Under the pieces are notes generated by a model. That model was not told where the DNA came from, made no database searches, and saw nothing but the letters and a program-made list of their open reading frames with translations. A stretch of 64,000 bases of DNA, taken from positions 3,908,001 through 3,972,000 of the forward strand of contig NC_087438.1 in the NCBI RefSeq assembly GCF_036321535.1, read 5' to 3'. Made by a program: the position numbers and the translations under genes. Shown piece by piece: positions 48,131 through 61,040 of the stretch. The first letter of the stretch is position 1; each line of letters starts with the position of its first letter. This stretch comes from Camelus dromedarius (Eukaryota).

Positions 48131-50709
48131 AGTAATTCTTCCTCCTTCAGACTCAGTCCCCACTCTGCTGCCGTTTGTTTAGTTGGTTGCTTTTTGTTTT
48201 TTCCTGTTCTTTCGTCCCTGGTAATTGGAAAACAGGAATGGACGGTGTTTAATAACCCAGGCGTTGTTTGTTATTTTTGGCAATAACTGTACAACAAACA
48301 CCAAGCTTGCGGCGTCAGTAACGTGTCTGGGTACCAATGTCAATGCCACGTAGGGGGCATCAGAGTTTCTCATTCCCTAAGATAACCTGGCAATGTCAGT
48401 AAGTTTCTTGGTTCTCTTCTGATAAACTGCACCAACAGCCAACATTCTGAGAAGTTTCCCGCTTTTATAAATTATCTTTTTTTTTTTTCACTGCAGACAA
48501 TTCCTCAGCTTCACATTAGCTCTTAACTGTGATTCATGAAGTAATAAAGGAATCCTTTATTCAAGAAGCCACTTATCCTGCTAAAAATTCTTTCTTTATT
48601 AGCTTTTTCATTATGAGACTGTAGCAGTCATCCATTTCTTAAAAAGAGCCGGATTCCTTATCTCTGGAGAGAGAGATGTGAGAGACATATAAATAGCTTA
48701 GCAGCTGGACCGGTCATATGCCAGAAGTTCAAAAGTGAGTAAGTCCAGCTTCTCAGTTATCCTGGGGACTCTCCCAAAGCCAGAAATCTCAGAATCCGTC
48801 GGTGGCTCAACGTGGACTCTCCTTCGGAGATTCTGGCTACACCTGGCTTTGTGGTTAGCATTTCAGTTGAGGTATTTGCATTTGGAGCATCTCTAAAAAA
48901 TTCATGATGGGCGATTTCCCCCAAGTCTAATTCATCTGAGATCTTCCATGTAGGCAGACTCTAGTCCATGCCTGCCTTGCTGGGGAAAACTTTAAAGTGT
49001 GCATTTCCCTCTGGACACTGAGCAAAGGCCCCTTAGCCTCTGGAGATAACTTAAGGGGACTTGTGACGAGGCCCCGCTCATGACCGCTCCTGTCTGTGCT
49101 CGGCCGGGTCCAGCACGTGCTCTTGGTGTGTTTGTGGGACTTCTTTTATTTCCCCGGAAACCTACTCTTCTGGGCTTACGGATGCTCCCAAGTTGGTTCA
49201 TGTTATCGACTCACAGATTAAAGCGAGAGTAGGTGGAGCTGAATGTGACATCAGAAATGTGAGAGGAGAACGGGACTGCTTTGTTATGTGAGGAGAGGAG
49301 CCTGACGTTTAATCGTCTGTCTTACCGTCTGCACAGAAATGGTACGTATTTGCTAGAAAGCAGTTCTGAGTGACTCAGAGAGTCAGTACCTTGCCCCGCC
49401 TTTCTGGAAATGTGGAGTATATTATATTTTATTCCTTTCATTTCCAACTGAGTATAAGAAATGGAAATTAGACCTTTGCTTGGTTTTTCTCTGATCACTG
49501 TTCCTGCTCATGCCAGACCCTAGTCACTTCTCCCAAGACTAGTGGGTCCTTTAAAAGTTTCTTTTGTGTCCCCAATGTAAAAAAGCTGTGTGTTTTATGG
49601 AATGCCACCCAGGAGGCCACCAGCACACGTAGGCAGGTACCTTCCACAGCGAGTGATAATCATGCGCCCTTTATTCTGTTTGGAGACACAGGAGGTCTGC
49701 AGGCTGGAGAGTGGCCAGTCCTCCTGTCTTTAAAGATTCCAGTCTTTGCAGGTCAACAGACACTGGGTGGAGGTGTTCCTGTGCCATTGATTCCACAAAA
49801 GTGGCAAAGGATAGGATTCTCCCAAGGTGCTGATCTGAGAATAAAGATCCCAGATAGATGAAACTTTCAAATAAAACTGTGGCTGATTATTCATTTGTGC
49901 CCTGTTAGTGCCTGCATAGCAACTGAATGAATAAACGAGTGGGGTGACCAAGCAAATAGGTGTCTGCCGGGAACGCAGGTTTGTTCAGCCAGAGCACAAG
50001 CAAAGCTCAGCAAAGTGCAGGAGATTTTTTTATTTCATCTCTTTTAAATGCTGGGATAATTACGTGTCAGAAAAGCCCTTTTAATGTATAGATGAGTAAA
50101 TAATAAACCATTATGCAGAAAATCACAGGTAACACATGGGAAACTGAACTGAGTATAATTTAGCTACAGTACCCAGTCTTTGAAAGGATATTAGGAGATT
50201 ATAAGATGGACAGCAGGTTTGGAGAAGCTTGAATGTGGCATAAAAATTACAGTAACACGTGTTGGAAGGGGAGCGATGAGAGACGTACAAGTTAAGTCAC
50301 TACAATAATCTAGCACTCCCTCAAGCGAGATCCATGGTGATTAATTTTATGTTGTTATATCACTTGTAATAAGGATATGACAATAGTAAGAATAAATAAA
50401 ATTAAATATTTTTTAAATTGGTGGTTGTGGATTTCCAAAAACGAGGCGATAAAGGAAGAATTTAGAAAACTATTTGATTCCTAGAACTCCTTTTTCTGGA
50501 AGAATCTGCAGGATGATTGTTTGTGGGTAATACTTTGGGAAATGTGGATAAAACATGGTAAGGGTCTGATCTGGGCTCTGGGAGTTGGAAGGGAGAGAGA
50601 AGGGAGCAGTTCTGAGAACTTCTGCTGGGCTGGACCCCACGGGACCCCAGAACGTCTCATGAGATGGAGGAGAGAATGCAGACACGGTGGACCTGGCTGG
50701 AAGCAGATT

Positions 50710-51154
50710 AGCAGTCTTGCATGAAGCTGACGGGATCCTGCTCATCTTCCTGGACCCTTCCCTCCAGCACACACCACTGGCTTCCTCTGAAGCACCTGCA
50801 GCTCCATCTCTGGCTGTCTTCTCTGCTCAGAGGGGTGCACCTGAGGCTGACCAAGAGTGCCAGCACACCAGTGAGCCTGGGAGCAGCCCCAGGCGATGGA
50901 GGACTGGGGTGGGGGCGCTTAGTCCTGCTTCCGCATCCTACGAGGCAGTCTGCGCAGTCTCCCAGAGCCCCTGGGATGGAGTCCCAGATTTCCACAGCTG
51001 TAACTTGCCAGGAATGCATGCCGCACTGGCTTTCCCCCTTCTTGCTCTCACTTCCCCCCTCTTCCTGGTGCCTCCTGGGGTCACCTCCCCAATTAACCAC
51101 TTCCACTCACATCCTGATCTCGAGGTCAGCTCCAGGAGAACACAAACTAAGACA
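50710..51154 (+). mobile_element. LTR16-like ERVL solo LTR
   Basis: Characteristic 3' end 'ggtgcctcctggggtcacctccccaattaaccacttccactcacatcctgatctcgaggtcagctcc...aaactaagaca'. Confidence 0.8.
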
Positions 51155-52149
51155 GATGCTTAACTGAAAAAGAGAACACCTCATCCTTTTCATCACGATT
51201 CTTGTGTGCTACATCATCCTTTTCTGTACGAGTGTTCCACCTCACCTTTGTATCTGCCCACCTGTCTATCCATCCATCATCTACCAGTCACCCGTCTGTC
51301 CATTTATCTATCTGCCCATCTATCAAGATACAGGATACAAGCAAATAGCAAAGCTACCTTCATCACTGGGTGATGCGGACAAGGGAGAGTTGACTCTGCG
51401 TGTATGTGTGTGCGCGCCCCTTTGCATATTGTTCAAGCATCCTAAAACACTTAGGATATACACTTAGTTTTATCTTTAGGAGGAAACTTAAATGTTTTTA
51501 CAATGCTTGCATAAAAGACTGAAGATTTTATACTCAACTTCCACGCTCTGTTGGCACACCCTTACTTGGAAGGAATGGCAACATTGATACATGTATTCAG
51601 CACCTCTCTTCCTTCAAAATGTAAGAAAAAAGAGAAGGAACCATAAAGCATTGTACTGACTAGCTAGTGCCACGTTCGTTACGAGGGAGGTGGTGAAGCT
51701 GTTCCATCAGCTTCGGTGTGGGACAGTCCCTCTGCCATGTGACACACTAACTCCAGGAACCCGCGCCTCCACCAGGGATTATGACTCACCCTCACCTACA
51801 CGCGGCCACGAGGCGGCTTTGCTTTGCTTCTGAATCAGTGACATTTTAATCCCTTGCACTGTAGACCGTTTTCATAAAATGTGCAGTCACCAGGATCTCT
51901 GAGTTAAATTTAACTCAGATTGAGTTGGAGAATCCTTTGTCAGCAAGATCAGCCTGGTTCACAGGGAACTAGAAATTATAGGTCTGTGATGAATAGTGTT
52001 GGCTTCCTACCTGATGGGTCTGTGCATCAGGGGAGGGAGGGCCTGACCAAGATGCAGAGAGTTTAACAGCTCCCTGGCTTCCAGCTCAGGGTGAGGCCTT
52101 TAGAGCTTCTGAGAGGACAATAACCCAGCAAGTCATTTCCAGAGTTTTC

Positions 52150-52365
52150 ATGGTGTGGGTGGATGGGGGTGTGTATTTGTGGTGGGGGGGTTGGTGTGTG
52201 TGGGTGTGTGTGAGGGGGTTTGTGGGTGTGTGAGTACGTGTAGGGGTGTGGATTTGTGGGTAGGTATGGGTGGGTGTGTGTAGTATGTGAGTATCTGTGT
52301 GTGTGTGTGTGGATGTGGGTGAGTGGTTGTGTGTGGGCTTGTGGATGGGTGTGTGTGTATCTGTG
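52150..52365. repeat. Degenerate (GT/GGGT)n low-complexity tract
   Basis: G/T-dominated imperfect dinucleotide repeat. Confidence 0.9.
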
Positions 52366-54049
52366 TGCTGCACAGGTGGGTTGAAAATCTCAGATGACTG
52401 GGGCAAGGCCAGCATTAGCTGGTCCTCAGCTAACATAAGGCCTAAGGGGAGGGAGTCCTAGGGAGGGAGGAGGGGCAAGAAAAGGCCTGGAACGTGAACC
52501 ACAGCCCATCTGCTGTCCCCTCCCCATGATGGTGTTGACCACAGCAGTGTGGGGACAGTGGGGGGACGTGGAGTGTATGGCCAGGCAAGAGTGATGGCTT
52601 TGAACGCCTTTCCCACCATCCTGCTAGATGGTGACTCTCGTTACTTTCAGAACTACAAACAGTAGTTTTATTCTCTTTAGAGAGAATTCAGCCACCCTTC
52701 TCTATGACAACAGGACAGCATGACCAGCAGCCATGGTGTAGACGACTGTCGGGTAATCCTCCAGAAGTGGCGATGAAGACCTGGAGCAGAGGCTTCCAGA
52801 GACGCACGGGAGCCGGCTGTGCTTCTGAGGCCGCCGTGCAGGCGCTGGGGACAGAAGCGTGTCCTCAGTGAGGAGGGCTGCAGCCTCCCTCCCGTGCCCC
52901 TTTCCCTCTCTCCTCCATCCGTCCGCCCCCTTAATCCCCTAGCTGGCTTCCTTGTCTCTCTACTTGCCCCTCTCTTTTGGAGGGAAGGACCCGGGACAAC
53001 CCCGCAGCCAGAGGAGGGCAGAGGAGCGTGGCCACAATCTCGAGCAGGCGCGTTTGGACGCACACATCTGGTCTGAGCAGCCATGCTTCGTGCAGGGAGC
53101 CCTGTGCTGGGCGTTCTCCAGCTGCCCCTCTCGACCTGTCCTCCCAGCCTCCATCCCACCTGGGCTCCAGGGAGACTAAGTCTGCAGTCACCAGCTCCCT
53201 CTCCCCCTGGCTTCCTGTTGAGGACGTTCAGGGGGGACAGGGACAGAGTGAGGTCCGTGAGGGAGGCGGGTGCCCTCCCCTTCTCTGTGCTGCAGACCCA
53301 GGGGTTGTGGCCTGGGTTCATCCTTCTAGGTTCCAAATGCTGCTCCACGACTCCACCCTCTCCCCTGTCTCAGGTGATGCTCCCCCCCCCCCCACTGCCT
53401 CCTCAGGACGACGGCAGGGCGCCCAGACCCCAGCTGGCTGCCTTAGCTGGCTCACCTGCTCAGGAGCAGCCCTTTCATTAAGCTCACTGGTCAGACCTCT
53501 CTGAGTGGGACTCTCTTGCAGAGACTGACTGACGGCATCTCTGCTGTTACAGTGGGTAGAGCCAACTCCCAGGTCGGGGCATGGAGGAAGGACAAGGGGC
53601 CTTCTGTCCAGCCCCCTCCTGGGCTCCTCCCGTGTGAGCAGGAGAGCTCGTCTCTCTCCGTGAGCTGGCAGCATCAGCAGACACAGGGTCCTCAGCTTCT
53701 TTTCTCTGTCTCAAAGGCATCCCAGGGCCGTCTGCCTGAGCATCACAACACAGGTGGTGTTAGTTGGTGACTGGATTTTCTTCAGACAGCGGGTGAGTGG
53801 CTTGTGACTGGCTGTTTTGGCCAACTCGGCCAGCTGGGACACCCCAGATGCCCCCACATGGCTCCACACCAGACACTCAGAGCTGCTGGCCCTGGGAGCC
53901 CACTGTTCAACCGTTTCTTAGCTCTTCCTGCTTATTCCTCCCTGGTCATTCGCCTGCTGCCTTGGGGAGTCTGACCAGCTAAGCTGCCGACATTTCCCTC
54001 TGAAAGGCTGCTGAGGGAGGGGAGACAAGCACAGGGCACCCGGACATTG

Positions 54050-54690
54050 ACCGGTAGGGCAGCCAAGCTCCTCGAACTCAGAAATGTCAAAGCTGAATGT
54101 GACAACCCCACTCTCTCAGAAACTCTAATATTGTTCTTACTCTGTTTCCTCTAACCCATTGCCCACCCCAGCCACCCACCAAGCATTATTCTCAAAGCCT
54201 CTCTTTGTATCATCCACACAGATCACCAACTCACTCGTGAAAATTCCATTTCCTCAGTGTTCTTGAATCAGATTCACTTTTCTCCATCCAGACCAATGGT
54301 ACCCTGTTTTAGTTGACTACCGTTTGTCCTGAGATGAAACCACAGCACATTTCTTTTAAACTGGTCTCTTTGGTTCCTATCTTGGCCTTCAGAATTATCC
54401 CCCCATCTTGCTGTTAGCGTCTTCTTTCGACCCACACCTGGTCACTCTGCCTTGTAGCTCAGTGACCTTCAGTGACAAAATCTGAGTTAACTCACAAGGC
54501 ATAGGATGCCCTATCTGACCATCTGACCCTGCTCACTTGTCCGGTCCTTTCACTAGCCAGTCCCATCTTCCACCTTTTACTCTCACTGCTTGCCATTCTG
54601 GGACTTCCCAGACAGAAACAAAATAATCTTGTACCAATTTGGTCTTCAACTTTGCCTTTCCTTCTAATCTGCTCACCTGTCTCTCCCTCC
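54050..54690 (+). mobile_element. L2 fragment
   Basis: 'ctcgaactcagaaatgtcaaagctgaa', 'catccacacagatcaccaa', 'cacctggtcactctgcc'. Confidence 0.6.
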
Positions 54691-55699
54691 AAATAGAATA
54701 AACAATGTTTTCGGAATGTTAACTGGACCTAGCTTCCCATTCAAAGTCTAATACAAGGACCCAAACTGTTACATAATCAGTTCAGCCCTGACTGTGTGAA
54801 ATCCCATCAAATCACCTGTAATCTTCAGGGGAGGACAGTTCCCTCATGAAGCATGCATGAGCCCTGAAGCAGACGGGGAGGGCCAGGCAGGAGGAGAGTA
54901 AGGAGATGTCTGTCCACAAGCCCCCACTTCAGTTGCCCTCAACATCTATCTCTCTCTCTCACTGTCTCAAACATGAAGACTTTATCCATCAAAGAATCAA
55001 ATAATCGCAAACTATCATCCTGATGTAAAAATTGCATTTTTTGTGTGAGTGTGTGTGAGAGATAAGGATCATCTCTCACATGCAACCCTAGATATCTTCT
55101 TGGCTTAAAATGCCCTCCCTAGCATTTCACTGCCTGGAAAATGCTTTCTTACTCTTCAAGACCATCCAATCTGTTACCACCACATTTTTACATATGTCTG
55201 CAGCAAAATGTATTCATTTGCTCATTTGGTCATGAAATTCACTTCTCTATTTCACAAGTATTTATTGTCATTCCCCACTGCAGCATCACCTGGCTCTCTT
55301 AAAAGCTCCTGTAATGTTCTGTGTCTTTGGGATGAGGACAAATCACCTTGAAGTAGCTGACAAAACTTGCGTGGACTGGTCCCTTCCCTTATCTCCAACC
55401 TCCCCCTGCAAGGGACACACATCAATATGATAGTAATGCACAGACATCAGATCAGTGCCCGAGGAGAGCCTAGCAAACAGGAGATTTCAGCACATAGGAA
55501 AGGGCTCATCACAAATCAGGGAGAAAACAATGATTCCTTGGTGTATATCTTTGTATATACATTGTGTCATTTGTCTTTGTTTTTTAGCTGTTTAGGAAGC
55601 TCCCCAGATTGCCACATCACATTATGGTTCAGTATAATCCCAAAGAGATTAGATGTAAACTTATTAGTAAATGAGAAGATGCTTCAATAATTTTTGAAA

Positions 55700-56180
55700 T
55701 AAATTTACATTTAATCTAAGGATGGAAGAAGAACTTGTCAATATAATAGCAAAAGAATAAAATACAATGAATGTTAATTGATTTGATTTGATACAGGTTT
55801 TCATCCTATTGGCAATGTTGTAGGCAAAATTAAAGCACTAAGAAAATTTGGGCAAATATTTGCAATACGTTTGGTGAAGAATTTAGGCTTTGAATCTGTA
55901 AGAATCTCATACACATTGATTAGTAATGCACTGACACCTTCATGGAACATTTTAAGTCCTCTGAATAATGCAAGCTTTTTATTGCTTGTTTATTGTTACT
56001 GTTAATATTGGTATTACTAAAATATAGGGAGAAAATACAAGGTCCAGAGGTTCTGAAAATAAGGGTAAAACACATAAAACAATGGCCATGCTCACTTGCA
56101 ATCAGTGAACTTTAAATTTTTAGATACAATTTTTGTCTACCAGTTTATTAAAAATTTTTATAATGAACGCTAAGTAAAGG
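55700..56180 (+). mobile_element. Ancient L1M ORF2 3' remnant
   Basis: A-rich; 'tgggcaaatatttgcaatac' and 'ccatgctcacttgcaatcagtgaact' correspond to decayed ORF2 C-terminal motifs. Confidence 0.55.
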
Positions 56181-56189
56181 CTACTCACT

Positions 56190-56560
56190 TTGTGGTAATG
56201 ATGGACCCTATCTACCAAATGTGTTCCTGATTTTTATTCTCAGGGCACCTTCTCTGCTCCTGAAGGAAAGTGTGGCCACAGGACCTACTCTGGACGAAGG
56301 GCTCAGGAGGAGGTGGTGTGCGTCTCAGGTGGGCGGGGCTCAGGGTCCCTCCAGCCATGGGGACACCATCTTCCCCAGTCCCCATTGGAAGCACGTTTTC
56401 CATGCAGCTCCTTCATCCCGGGTTCTTCCAGGATGCTGACAAACAGAGAAACTGCCCACCTGCCGTGCACGTGGGACACGAACAAGAAAAGGACCTTCTG
56501 TGTGTTAAGCTCCTGGAACAGCAGCATTTGTCTGGTCATGTAAGCCAGCCTGTTCTGGTG
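56190..56560 (+). mobile_element. MLT1-like MaLR LTR
   Basis: 'gtgtggccacaggacc', and terminal 'gaacaagaaaaggaccttctgtgtgttaagctcctgga...catgtaagccagcctgttctg'. Confidence 0.55.
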
Positions 56561-57736
56561 GGTCCCACCCACGGAGGGGATATAACTTGGAGGCGTCTTT
56601 CTTGAAGACAACTTGGCGATATATAAAGAGGCTTTAATGCGTCCTAGACGTGGGTTGACTGATTACTACTCTTCCATTTATTCATTAGGCAGAAGTGCTG
56701 GAACTTGCTGTGTGTTAGACAACATAGTAGGCTCAGGGAGAACAGGACAGACAGATGCCAGTGCAAGGTCTTACAGCAATTTCCTCTCAAAATTTATTTT
56801 CTAAGAACTGTTAGAAATGTAATTAATAAATGAGCAAAAAACATGCAAAATTCACAATTTAATCAACTATATTGATCAATTGGATACAAGGCAAATATTC
56901 AAGAATAAGAGAAAGTCAAAATAAAATTTATTCTATCTATGGAATAAAATGTTCTTATTTATAATTTTAAAATAATATTCATAGGTGTAGCACATGCTAA
57001 GTGTTTAATAATTAGTGAAGAAAGCAAAATGTGTTCAAAATATAGTATAGTCTAAATGTTATACGGTATCGGTGTACATTAAAAAACAAGGTAACACTAT
57101 ACGTCAAATTATTTAAGTTGAGTTGATTATCTTTGGGTAAAAGGAAAAAAGCAATTTTAGATTTTTTTCTTTGTATCTTTTGTATGCAAAAGTTTAATAA
57201 TGGACTTGCTCTATTTTTTAATAAGATTAAAATAATAAAGTCATTAAAAAAACATTCAAACATTCACAACTCTCATGAGGATGAATTAAAATACATTTTC
57301 AGAGTGCTTACAATTTATGCATAACCACCACAGCATTATTAAAACAAAACACAGACCTAACTCCAAGAGAAACAGAAGGATACAAAATAAATTGTGTTCT
57401 GATCCAAAATGATAAAACTGTTTTGGAAAAAAAAAAATTTCCAGTGGCTAAGCGCCCTAAAAAATAGATTGGCTTTAGACCAGCAGGACTCTAATAGGCA
57501 ATTAAAGTATAAATTTGCATAATAATACTTCATTCTCAGCCAACTTCCAATTTTAAAACTGAGAGCACTGAGAAGACAGAGACATAATCATTCTTCTTTG
57601 CTGTAACTACAGTGGAGTTGGTTCTCAGTGACCCTCAGGAATGAAAGGAGGTGGGGGTTATGCCATCCTCCGCTGGCGAGGTCATACTGAAATTAATCAC
57701 ACTGGAAACGGGACTTATTCTTGTTCAGGGAATTCA

Positions 57737-57740
<4 letters not shown>

Positions 57741-57800
<60 letters not shown>
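57741..57800. repeat. (TA)30 microsatellite
   Basis: 60-bp perfect TA run. Confidence 0.97.
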
Positions 57801-57807
<7 letters not shown>

Positions 57808-58329
57808 AATTTTATATTCTACTAATATAATAATATACATGTATTATACAGAGTACATGTATTTATTTTCCCCACAATAATAAATCTTTCTATTTCCCTG
57901 ACTCATTGGGATAATTTTGAAGAAACTGGGTCAATTACTTCCTCTTCCTTTTCTTAAGTAAGGAAGTATAGGCAACATTTCTGCTTTTGTAAACAATTTA
58001 GTCCAAAAACCATTCAGTGGGGCCAAGTGAGGTTGGCTTCCACTTGGAGCAGAGTTGTTGGCCTGGTGTGCTCAGGACAGTGGCCGGGCTTCAGGGCACT
58101 GCAGAGGTAGGGTGCAGGGGTCGGGCTAAGCAAGGGCTGCATGGGGCTACTGTCTTGGTTTCGGTTTCGTATCACAAGGACTGATCAGGAGCAGTCCCTC
58201 AGAGCAATCTGAGAGGCTGTCATCCTGGCTTGGCTCGAGTCCTCTGAAGTGGTCATATCAGCATAATGGGTTCCTCTCTGTCAGAGAAGGAAGTAACAAA
58301 CATAGATCCAAAAACGAAGAATGAACTAT

Positions 58330-58535
58330 TTGTGAAACTAGTATAAACTTGATTCCTAAACCACAAAAAAGAAGTACAAGAAAAAATTAAACTTTCTTTT
58401 GAAATAAATGCAAAAAATCTTAGTAAGATATTGGTAATTCATTGAATTGAATTCAACTGTGTAATGAATATATATTTTCACTGCCAAGGGTTTATATGAG
58501 GGTTGAAAGAACAGGTAAATATTAGAAAATCCAAT
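58330..58535 (+). mobile_element. Ancient L1M ORF2 (start of RT domain), part 1
   Basis: Decayed coding for the LIPKP / AKIL.KIL / NIRKS motifs (ttgattcctaaacca, gcaaaaaatcttagtaagatattg, aatattagaaaatcc). Confidence 0.7.
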
Positions 58536-58539
58536 ACTA

Positions 58540-59650
58540 CTTCTGGCAAATCTTGTGACTTAAACCACATGTTTTTAATCTTCTCTTTTTTACCTTCTGC
58601 AACACCACTGAGGTGTAAGTAGAGTCATAAACATGTATCTCTCTATGAGGTGCAAAGCAATGGGAAGAGAAAAATCAAGGGAATAAATATTTTTAAATAA
58701 AAGTAAGGGACACTAAACTGATGAGGAACTAAGAGGAAACTGCAGCCAGATTTCTATAGTGGGAGATGCAAAGGAGAAGGCAGAGGTGGGACCCTAGTCT
58801 GAAAACAGAAAGGGAGAGACAAGCTCACCATTTTGAACCATGAAAACCCAATTTGCTTACTTGTTCTCAGCTTTCTGAATCTGAGCAGTCATGGGTGTAT
58901 CCTTAAGTAAGTAAGAAGGAGAGAATGCTTTACAGGAAAACTAAGAACCCAAGAGGGAAGAAAGACCCTCTTCAAATAAGGGTATTTGGATAATGGAAAT
59001 GCAAAAATTTACATCGTCATGCATACATATGATCTAATCACCATGTTAATGTCTCACTGGTCACTGAGAGCTGATATCCAGTAATCAGGAGGTCTTTGAT
59101 AACATGAAAGACAGAGACCAAGATAAAGGGGGAAAGTCAGAGGAAGCACATGGGATGAAAGACAAATCAAGACAGAGACTATAGTAAATATCTTGAAAAA
59201 CAAAAGAATCTTTCATCTACAAACAAGAACTGGATGCCATGAAAAAGGAATAGCCAGAAAACAAGAGAAGGCTCTTAGGAAGTAGATATTTAAAGCAGAA
59301 ATATTTCACATAAGGGCATGAGACAAGGTGTAGAATAACCCTCAGCAGCAGAAGAAAAATGACCAAATAGACAGAAAATTGGATGAGTAAATGAAGTGTG
59401 AAGGTTGGTACAGGAGTCGAGAAAGTGATTGCTAGGGGAGGGAAAAAAAAAAGATAAACTGCCCATAGTTTGGAAAGTTTCTTTTGTGAGCCCAGGACAC
59501 TAGATAAAAATGACTCACCAAAAAGTAAATCTCATTACTGCAGGGAATAAGGGGGTGGGGGGTGGACAGGAAAAAACATATGAATTAAAATTTGATTTAA
59601 AATTTTGATTGTGTTTGAGAGGTAAGAAATTTAAAAAATAGGTTCACATT
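58540..59650 (+). mobile_element. HAL1-like (ORF1-only L1 relative) remnant
   Basis: 'aaacaagaactggatgccatgaaaaaggaatagccagaaaacaagagaaggctcttaggaag' resembles recalled HAL1 ORF1 sequence. Confidence 0.5.
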
Positions 59651-60292
59651 TCTCTTCATCAACTTTGGAAGCATGAAGACAATTTGGCAGTTCTTTCTAA
59701 ATACAATAGAATATGATTTTCATTGCGGTATTCTATACCCAGCCGAATGACTGAATTTGATGGCCAAGTGCAGTAACTGACACTCATAACAAATTGTAAA
59801 GGCACATCTCTTAGGAAGCCATGGAAATTTGGATGTGACAGAAAGAGGGAGTAAATGAGAAGCGTCTGCAAGAGCAAACGGGGCACCTGACCCACCCTAG
59901 AGCAAGCATCTCGTCCCCAACCCTGTTCCTGGTCCTGAGGGAGTCAAGAGACTGAGAAGCAGGAAGCCGAGAATCTAAGACACAAGCTGTTCAACACCAG
60001 AGCATGCAGAAGAGGAGTCCTGGATTTAGAGTCCTGCCCAGACCAGGAAAGCAAGTGTAAACTCAGTATTCAGCAAGACAAAGGTCAGTATCCTAGCACT
60101 GAAAACAGAAACTTAAAATCCATTGATTTTGTGGAACAAGTCAGAAGAACAGGCAGAGGAGTAGCAAGGTGGTGTATTTTGCTTAAACTTTACTTGCTTT
60201 TTCTTCTTTCGTATCCTATTTTTGAAATATGTGCTTTTACTATTTTGGTTAAAAAGGAAAAAGATAATTTGAATGAATATTGAAAAATAAAT

Positions 60293-61040
60293 TTCAATGT
60301 AATTTGCCACATTAGTAAAGGAGAAATAAATCATTCCCTTATCTAAGTAGACACAGGAGAAACATTTCATAAAAGTCAATAGTTGTTCATCGTCAAACAA
60401 ACCTTAACAAATCAGGATGGAAGGGCTCTGCCTTGATGCATTAGAGTATCTCCTAAAAACCTAAAACAAACATTCCATGTCATGGTGGAATATGAGGGAC
60501 ACGCTATTTTAAATCAGAGATAACACCAGGTTGCAATCTCACACCAGTATTCCAGATTGCACTCACTGTTTTAGTGGGAAACAATAAGAAAAAAGATTTA
60601 TAACAGACAGAAAAGGAGGAGACAGTTCTGTCACTATGTGAAGAGTATACGATTGTCTACCCAGGAAAACCAAGAAAATCAATGAACAGGCTTTTAGAAC
60701 CAATGCAAATTGCATTTATGATTGATGGATACCAATTAATATGTCCTTTATGAGGGAAATGAAGAATGTTTTAAAGTGTACTACTTAAAAAAAATATAGT
60801 TCCTTACAGGAAAAACACAAACAAAAATCAAAACTGCATATTGAGATGAAAATAAACTGAACAAAAAATGCACAGACCATTAATCATGGGGGAAAAAACA
60901 CGAAAGGCTGAGAAGATACAAATAAATGCAGAGAACTGCCTTATTCATAGATAAGAAGACCGATATGGTAAAAATGTAGCTTCTGCCCAAATTGGCCTCC
61001 AAAAGTAATATAATTTCAATCTAAAGCCCCACTGTCATGT
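60293..61040 (+). mobile_element. Ancient L1M ORF2, part 2
   Basis: Decayed NVIHHI / DAEKAFDK / GTRQGC / LSLFADDMIVYLENPKES region (tcaatgtaatttgccacatt; ctgtcactatgtgaagagtatacgattgtctacccaggaaaaccaagaaaatca). Confidence 0.75.

Noticed and set aside
47346..48286. Long overlapping plus-strand ORFs (up to 259 aa) in the CpG island
   Set aside because: Open in several frames at once, rich in Arg/Pro/Gly/Ala, mostly non-ATG starts and no recognisable domain. This is expected from stop-codon scarcity in GC-rich DNA.
52677..53504. 223-aa and 175-aa ORFs
   Set aside because: Overlapping on both strands with low-information composition and no recognisable homology.
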